DNA from: Barthelona sp. PAP020
Lineage: Eukaryota
DNA length: 36,685 nt
Assembly (NCBI GenBank): GCA_040182905.1
Contig: JARQWU010000081.1
Location: 1 to 36,685 of the forward strand
Direction: 5' to 3'
Part shown: positions 30,277 to 36,685 of the stretch, one piece after another
Position numbering within the stretch: the first letter of the stretch is position 1
How the letters are laid out: every line of letters starts with the position of its first letter
Notes under the pieces: model-generated
What the model was told of the DNA's origin: nothing
The model's input: only the letters and a program-made list of their open reading frames with translations
Databases searched by the model: none
Program-made: the position numbers and the translations under genes

Positions 30277-31869
30277 TTATTCTGTTTTAGCCTTAGACCT
30301 GTTTAAAGCCCAGAGACCAATTCTATTACTAAACATCAAAGAGGAATACAACAAAGTCATAACACAATGAATGACAATACCACCAAAAAGAATCAACATT
30401 CTAACAGTCAACGTGACTTCATTTAAAATAGAAAACAATAAAGAAGAACAAGCAGATACACCAAAAATTGCAAGTGTAAAAGAAATGTTTGGAGAATCTA
30501 AAAAGAATAAAGCAGGAAATGTGAGTGAAATAACAACCATTCCAAAAATAGGAGAAGCACAAAGAACCCAAAACATGAAAATAAAGTGAATAGAAGTAGA
30601 TTTCAATAAAATTGATGGAACTAAATTTCTAGATTTAACAGAAAACTCATCAACAGTTCTAAAAGTACGTTTACACATGAGAAACAGTGCATAGAAACCA
30701 ACTAAAAATGCAAAAAATCCTGAAATAATGATCTCATAACTGATAATCACATATTGCTTGATTCCTGGGAACAATCGTCCAAAAATTTCTCCTAAATGAT
30801 AAATAGGTCCACTTGATCTCCCTATATTCATCGGAACTTTCCAACCAAAAGATGTATAAGCAGCCACTATTTGACTAAAAAAAGCAACCGTTGATTCAAC
30901 GTTATGAAAATTAATTTCGGATAGAACATCATCTTTGTCGAGTATCTCCTTATCTTCACCACGATAAACAGAATCAGAAATGGTCAAAACAGGAACTTTC
31001 TCAAAACTTGCAGAATCTAAAGCAGAAGCATGTTGAAAACCATGAAAGAAAGGTAATTGTCGTGTCAAAGAAGAAATAAATCCCTTGTCCTCAACATAAA
31101 TCGGTAACTTCTCACTTGATAACACAGTCAACCCTCTTAATAAAGCAGAAGGAACACGATCATTATTTTTGACATCCTCATGAATATAAATTTCACTGTT
31201 TCTTCCAATTTTATGAACGTTAAAAATGAAATCAATACAAGTGCTTCCACATCTGCCTAACCAATGATGTTTCACAAAAGCTTTTGATCCAAGACATCCA
31301 ACAACAGTTTGATCAGTCAAAAGAATGAGATACGGCTGATCAACTTCAACATCATGAATCCACTGTGCCAATCCTATTAAACTCGTTGCAGCTACCAAAT
31401 TGTCATAGGCACCTGTTTTATTTTGAGCTCCCCATCCAATAGTATCATAATGTGCCATAAAAACTTTTATTTTGGCATCAGGTATAACTGTTGAATTTGA
31501 CCAAATCAAAATGTTCTCACCATAAAAAGAAGAAACCATTGATAAATGATCCTCAGACTGGTATTGTCTGTGCTCAAAAGTTTGAAACTCAATTTGTTTT
31601 TCGTCAAAACCACTGAACAACAAAACATTTCTTATCAATGACCTTACTTTTTTTCTTGAAATTTCATAAGCATCATATTTTTCTTTTTCATATCGTGGAA
31701 CTGTTTGATCATTACTTATACTAAGAATAGCTTCAACAAAATCGTGAACATATTCCCCAGATACAGATTTTTCAATTTTCTCTATATCAGAAGGCTTTAA
31801 AGGTGTTGTAATCAAATATAATATCACACAAAATACAAAAAATATCGCTAAAACATTGATGGATTTCAT
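30277..31869 (-). CDS. Membrane-anchored M28 peptidase-fold protein with substituted catalytic residues (GAA1- or ERMP1-like topology)
   Basis: N-terminal anchor, AHYDT, GAYDN and LGSKAFV motifs, then about 5 C-terminal transmembrane helices. Confidence 0.75.
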   Translation of the reverse strand: MKSINVLAIFFVFCVILYLITTPLKPSDIEKIEKSVSGEYVHDFVEAILSISNDQTVPRYEKEKYDAYEISRKKVRSLIRNVLLFSGFDEKQIEFQTFEHRQYQSEDHLSMVSSFYGENILIWSNSTVIPDAKIKVFMAHYDTIGWGAQNKTGAYDNLVAATSLIGLAQWIHDVEVDQPYLILLTDQTVVGCLGSKAFVKHHWLGRCGSTCIDFIFNVHKIGRNSEIYIHEDVKNNDRVPSALLRGLTVLSSEKLPIYVEDKGFISSLTRQLPFFHGFQHASALDSASFEKVPVLTISDSVYRGEDKEILDKDDVLSEINFHNVESTVAFFSQIVAAYTSFGWKVPMNIGRSSGPIYHLGEIFGRLFPGIKQYVIISYEIIISGFFAFLVGFYALFLMCKRTFRTVDEFSVKSRNLVPSILLKSTSIHFIFMFWVLCASPIFGMVVISLTFPALFFLDSPNISFTLAIFGVSACSSLLFSILNEVTLTVRMLILFGGIVIHCVMTLLYSSLMFSNRIGLWALNRSKAKTE

Positions 31870-32188
31870 ATTGATATCAATAAAATATGTATTTGAAACT
31901 CATTGAAATTTTTGATAAAGCAGATGAGGTATTTCATTCAAAATGGAATTTTTATTGCAGTTAAAAATAAATACATAAGCTATTATTGTATTTGAAATAA
32001 AAAAGAGGAAATCTCATTTCTCATTTGAACAATTTTTCATATCTAACCCCAACAAAAGAGTATAATGTTTATAAATATATATATTAAAATTTTATTTTGG
32101 TGTTTTATAGTGAATGACAAACAAAATATTTTTCTTGAATGAAGAAAAGAATTTTTTTTCAATTTTACATTCAACATAATCCATTTTT

Positions 32189-35100
32189 ATGACTATTCGA
32201 CAACTATTAGGATTAAGCTTTATACCTAATGGTAGTATTGAAATTGTTTCCAACAATTCAATTTTGTATACGGCAGGATTATCAATTATTCAATTAAATT
32301 TGAAAACGTTGGAACAAAAAATAATTAATTTAGAGGGTGATGTAGACGAAATTCTTTCAATAGCGATATCTTCTAACGGAAGATATTTCGTTGTAGCGGA
32401 GAGGTGTAATTCTTCTCAAATGACTAAAATATCTTTATATTATTTACAAAATTGTCGAAAATTAAGATCTTATTCATTAGAACATATTGGTAAAAGTGAT
32501 ATTGTTTCAATTTCTTTTGCCAGTAATGATATGTTAATATTAGTCTTAGTTGCTTCTCCTAAAAACAGTGTATATCTTTTTAATCGAGAAAAAAAGGATA
32601 TTATTGCCGAATTGTCTTCATTTTGTGATGAAAATCAGTCATTAACAGGAATTTATGTAGCACCATCTTCTGAAATGTTATTCAATGTAATTGGAGCAAG
32701 TGGGTTTTTATGTACATGTCGTTTTAATGGTGAAACAAATACCTTGAACTTAGTTTCACGAGATGTGACTAATTCCACAGATATTCAGGCTGGATTGTAT
32801 CTTACAGATAAATTGGTTATCAATGCAACGAATAAACAATTAATTTTTTCGCAAAACAGTAAAATTATGCGAACTATTCCGTACAACCATGATTCAAATG
32901 TATTTAGAATTTTGAAAATAAACAAAGGTTTTGTTGTGGCATATGAGGAAGGTATTTTTGATATTTTTTTTGTGAAGAAAAATGCTTCTTTTGATGATGC
33001 AAACATGTACGGAAAAGTTGCTTCTTCAACGATTAGTGTTGAAAATGGCTCACATATTGTCAGTGCTAGCGCTAGCCCTTTTGCCCCATTAATTTATTTG
33101 GTCACCAACACAAAAGAACTACTTTATTTCAATTATGCTGAAACATCAAAGGATTCGGTTGATATTAAACTCTTACTGCACAGGTTTCCTAAAGATAGAG
33201 TCAAAGATTCAGCAATATGTTCAAGAAAGTGTATCATAGCATTAGTTACAGCAAGTACAAAAGATACTTCTGTGAGTAGTTTATTCATTTATAACTATGT
33301 GTCTGGAAATCTAGTTTATTTTGAGGAATTTCCTGAGGATATTTTTTCTTGTTCATTACATCCTTCTGGTGATTATTTATGCATTGGATTTGGTGATAAA
33401 CTTCGAATTTTTTCAATTCTTTATGAAAATATTAAGGAATTCTTCGCGTTTCCCATCAAGAAAGCACGATGCATTTCATTTTCTTCAGGTGGACAACTGA
33501 TTGCTGTTGGACATTCAAATAATATTTCCATCATATCTTTCACTAGTGGTGCTTTTTTGACGACTATTAAAGCTCATGCAAGTCTTGTAAGAGGTATATC
33601 TTGGTACGATGATGATTTAACTTTAACTTCTGTTGGATTGGATGGTGGTATATATACATGGAATCTTCAAACTTGTCAACGTGTTTCTGAAAACGTTGCA
33701 CAGAATTGCAAATATCATTGCATTGCAAAACCGTTTAACCATCAGAAAAACATTTACACTACAGGGACAGATTGTATCGTCAAGACTTTAAATGGATCGT
33801 CTATCATTGGTTTTGCTGATATTAGTGATTCTAGTCACAGTGTTGTTTCTTTAGCTGTTGATAAAAATGAAACAATTCTCTTTGCAGGTCTTGATAATGG
33901 AGATATATATGGATTTGAATTGCCTTTGCCTTCAAAAGGTAATGCTAAGCCCATTATCATTGAAAGATATTTTAATTCTCCTGTTGTTTTTCTTTCAATC
34001 ATTGCTGATGGTAGTGCACTTATCTCTGTGAGTGAAGACGGATTAATTGGGTTAACAGATGAAATCATTAATAATAAGAAGTTTAAACAAACGGTAGATT
34101 CGTTACCTTCTTATGTATTGCTAACTCGAGGTCAAATTGAAGAATTAGACAATGATTCACAGGAGTTAAGGCGCACTTTAGATAACAATCAGACGCATTA
34201 TAATCATTCATTGGTTACCCTGAAAAAACAATATGAAACAGAAATCATTGAAATAGAAACAATTAAAGAAAACGAGCTTGATACTTTAAGAACTAGAATA
34301 AAACAATTGCAGGAGAAACGTTCAAAAATGATCAGAGAGAATTCTGAAAAAATGACTAAATTGGAGACAGAGAATCAACAAGAAATTGATTCGTTATGTA
34401 CTTCTTACAATACCCAATTAGCTGAATATGTAACCAGATTTGAACAATTATCAGCAGAATTTGAAAAGAAAAAGCAATTGGAAGATGTAAAAAAACAAAA
34501 TATTGAAGTTAATAATACTCAGGCATTGGATGAGACAAGAAATCAACACAAATTACAAATACATGAAGATACATTACAATTGAACAATTATAAACAAGAA
34601 AATATTCTTGCTGAACAAGCTTATGAAATTGCAATGTTACAAATGAGAGAAGATTTCAATGTTGAAAGAACAAACGTTGATGAGTCAGAAAGAAAAAAAT
34701 TAGAAGAATCAAGCAGCATTTTAGGACAATTGAGAGCTGAAAATAGTATGCAAGAAAAGAATAATATCACAAAAGAGAAAAGTCATCAAGAAAGTGTTGC
34801 AGAGAAGAAAAATTTGGAGGAAACAAATCGTTCATTAAGAAACAAGCAAGAAACTTTGGAAAAGAAAAAATTGCTTTTCAAACAAACAATTGAAAAATTG
34901 GATGGAGGCATTGGGATGAGAGAGAATAAAATTTCGGAGTTAAAGAAGCAGAACCGAACTTTAGAAAAGTTTAAATATGTCTTTGATCACAAAATTAAAA
35001 AATTGAAATCAGAAATTGACCCCAAAATACATCAAATTGATATCATGAATCAAGAAATTGAAAATATCGATACAGAATTGGAAGATTTTCACAAAAAGAA

Positions 35101-35743
35101 TGATGAATTAAGAAATGTTTTGGAAATAATTAGAAAAAAATATGCAAAATCTCAAAAAGAATCTCAATTACGAGCTCTCAATGCTAGTAAGATGAAATTG
35201 AAGCTGGATCGTTTGAAATCTAAAATCTATGAAATTATACAGGCTGAGACTGACCCAGTAATTTTAGCGGATAAATTATTCAACGTTGTTTCAACAAATG
35301 ATGATGAAAAGGATCAATTGGGTTTCAATAGTGATGAAAGTGGTGAAAATATTCCTCATTTAAACTCACATGAATTAGAAAAAAAAATGGAAGATGAACA
35401 CATGAATCAGGCCCAATACTTACAAAAACAGATTCAAATTGCAACAAAAGATTTTGAAGATACCGAAAAGAAAGTTAGATCTGAATATTTGTCAATCATC
35501 TCAGATAATATGTCACTAATAGCAGAAATAAACAAATTGAGAAAGGATTTAGTTCAACCAATAAACAATTGTGAAATAGAGAAACAGAGACATGCAAAAG
35601 TTTTTGAAACCCTGGCTTTGCAAGAAGCTGAAATGGAGAAATTGCAAAATAGATATAATGAATTGGAAAAAATGGCGGAATTATCCAATATTAGACCTGG
35701 TAGACCTATGTCAAGATCTCAATTGCCTTCATTAGATCAATGA
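32189..35743 (+). CDS. CFAP57: Cilia- and flagella-associated protein 57 (WDR65/FAP57)
   Basis: WD40 N-terminus (LHPSG..LCIGFGDKLR, FSSGGQLIAV, WYDDD..LTSVGLDGGIYTW) and a coiled-coil C-terminus with LEKFKYVFDHKIKKLK..IDPK and NMSLIAEINKLR. Confidence 0.93.
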   Translation: MTIRQLLGLSFIPNGSIEIVSNNSILYTAGLSIIQLNLKTLEQKIINLEGDVDEILSIAISSNGRYFVVAERCNSSQMTKISLYYLQNCRKLRSYSLEHIGKSDIVSISFASNDMLILVLVASPKNSVYLFNREKKDIIAELSSFCDENQSLTGIYVAPSSEMLFNVIGASGFLCTCRFNGETNTLNLVSRDVTNSTDIQAGLYLTDKLVINATNKQLIFSQNSKIMRTIPYNHDSNVFRILKINKGFVVAYEEGIFDIFFVKKNASFDDANMYGKVASSTISVENGSHIVSASASPFAPLIYLVTNTKELLYFNYAETSKDSVDIKLLLHRFPKDRVKDSAICSRKCIIALVTASTKDTSVSSLFIYNYVSGNLVYFEEFPEDIFSCSLHPSGDYLCIGFGDKLRIFSILYENIKEFFAFPIKKARCISFSSGGQLIAVGHSNNISIISFTSGAFLTTIKAHASLVRGISWYDDDLTLTSVGLDGGIYTWNLQTCQRVSENVAQNCKYHCIAKPFNHQKNIYTTGTDCIVKTLNGSSIIGFADISDSSHSVVSLAVDKNETILFAGLDNGDIYGFELPLPSKGNAKPIIIERYFNSPVVFLSIIADGSALISVSEDGLIGLTDEIINNKKFKQTVDSLPSYVLLTRGQIEELDNDSQELRRTLDNNQTHYNHSLVTLKKQYETEIIEIETIKENELDTLRTRIKQLQEKRSKMIRENSEKMTKLETENQQEIDSLCTSYNTQLAEYVTRFEQLSAEFEKKKQLEDVKKQNIEVNNTQALDETRNQHKLQIHEDTLQLNNYKQENILAEQAYEIAMLQMREDFNVERTNVDESERKKLEESSSILGQLRAENSMQEKNNITKEKSHQESVAEKKNLEETNRSLRNKQETLEKKKLLFKQTIEKLDGGIGMRENKISELKKQNRTLEKFKYVFDHKIKKLKSEIDPKIHQIDIMNQEIENIDTELEDFHKKNDELRNVLEIIRKKYAKSQKESQLRALNASKMKLKLDRLKSKIYEIIQAETDPVILADKLFNVVSTNDDEKDQLGFNSDESGENIPHLNSHELEKKMEDEHMNQAQYLQKQIQIATKDFEDTEKKVRSEYLSIISDNMSLIAEINKLRKDLVQPINNCEIEKQRHAKVFETLALQEAEMEKLQNRYNELEKMAELSNIRPGRPMSRSQLPSLDQ

Positions 35744-36016
35744 AATATAAATTTATTGTATATTTATTAACTCTTTATTTTTGTGTTAATTGAGGGACAA
35801 ACTTCCTTCAAAATTCTATTTGATTGAAAGGAACAGAAGGAAAAATCTTTTTTCAATGTTTCAAATATATTTCAACTTTTTTTTTTTTTTTTTCAAACCT
35901 GTGGTTCATTTAATCCATAAAAAATAATATGCATTAATTTGAAATAATTTGTTCAGATATATGTTTAAAAAATTCAAAGATCTGACTTTGAGAAAAGAAT
36001 CTTTAAACATTTTTTT

Positions 36017-36685
36017 ATGAATAATAATTCAAATGATGAAAAGTCTAGATTCCAATTAAACACATCTAGATCCGGTGCATATATACCCCCTCACAGAAGA
36101 TCAAAAACACCTGCTATTAGAGTAGATTCTCCTCGCTCCACTTTGGAAATAAGAGTATCGCCTCCTCAATCTCCAACATTATTTAAACATGATAATTCCA
36201 ATTCTTTTACGGCGAAAATGGGAAAATTTGATGTTCCAACTCCATTGAATGTTTCTGGAACTCCACCTCCCGAAAGTGACCTTTTACCAACCCCCACGAG
36301 TTCAAATTCACCAAATTCTACATCTTTTTCTTCTCGTTTTGATACTTTAGGTGCCATTGCAGTTAATAGTATCAGAGCTAAAAGTGTACCACCCAGTGGA
36401 TACACTGAAAACGAATTATTTCCTACTAAACCACCTAAAAGTGGATCAAATATTCGAGCTTATGAAAACATTCCAGTTGAAGTTTCCGGTGAAGAGCCCA
36501 TTCCAGAACATATTGAATCATTCAATGATTTTGAATTTCACCCTTGCTTAATGGTCAATATTCGTCGTGCTTTCTTTACAGTTCCTTCATTAATTCAAAA
36601 ATATTCGTTACCAATTGTTTGGCATGGTCGTGATGTAATGACTGCTGCTCCTACTGGTTCTGGAAAAACGGCTGCATTTTTATTT
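36017..36685 (+). CDS. DDX3: DEAD-box RNA helicase DDX3/Ded1, truncated by the window end
   Basis: Open frame from the ATG at 36017 with YIPPHRR, YENIPVEVSG, a Q-motif (PSLIQKYSLP) and Walker A (APTGSGKTAAFL). Missing from the ORF track because it has no stop in the window. Confidence 0.9.
   Translation, partial: MNNNSNDEKSRFQLNTSRSGAYIPPHRRSKTPAIRVDSPRSTLEIRVSPPQSPTLFKHDNSNSFTAKMGKFDVPTPLNVSGTPPPESDLLPTPTSSNSPNSTSFSSRFDTLGAIAVNSIRAKSVPPSGYTENELFPTKPPKSGSNIRAYENIPVEVSGEEPIPEHIESFNDFEFHPCLMVNIRRAFFTVPSLIQKYSLPIVWHGRDVMTAAPTGSGKTAAFLF

Noticed and set aside
112..36551. The many 60-120 aa ORFs antisense to or nested in long genes (e.g. 403-591, 2466-2726, 11791-12099, 20967-21320, 36166-36405, 36351-36551)
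   Set aside because: They are shadow frames of real genes, often with TTG/GTG starts and no motifs.
1..36685. tRNA, rRNA, CRISPR arrays, transposase/RT or prophage genes
   Set aside because: No cloverleaf, repeat-spacer array or mobile-element domain was recognised.

Overview
This window comes from a very AT-rich (roughly 25-30% GC by eye), gene-dense and apparently intronless nuclear genome of a flagellated microbial eukaryote. It uses the standard genetic code: TAA, TAG and TGA all end genes. It holds about 21 protein genes. Recognisable housekeeping genes are a partial queuine tRNA-ribosyltransferase, CDC73, GCP4, TAF11, RNase H2A, XPD, an amino acid transporter, a BLOC-1 subunit and a partial DDX3/Ded1. 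Centriole and flagellar genes are EFHB-like, CCDC57-like and CFAP57. The oddities are an snR13/U15-like box C/D snoRNA in an intergenic gap (plus a weaker second candidate), a receptor with PAS and a degenerate histidine-kinase fold, a 1313-aa protein with three degenerate small-GTPase-like domains, an Mcm10 that keeps only its C-terminal Zn domain, an M28 peptidase fold with substituted catalytic residues, and bacterial-looking membrane genes including a diverged paralog pair around an MFS transporter. All assignments come from recognising motifs by eye; no searches were run and the organism cannot be identified.
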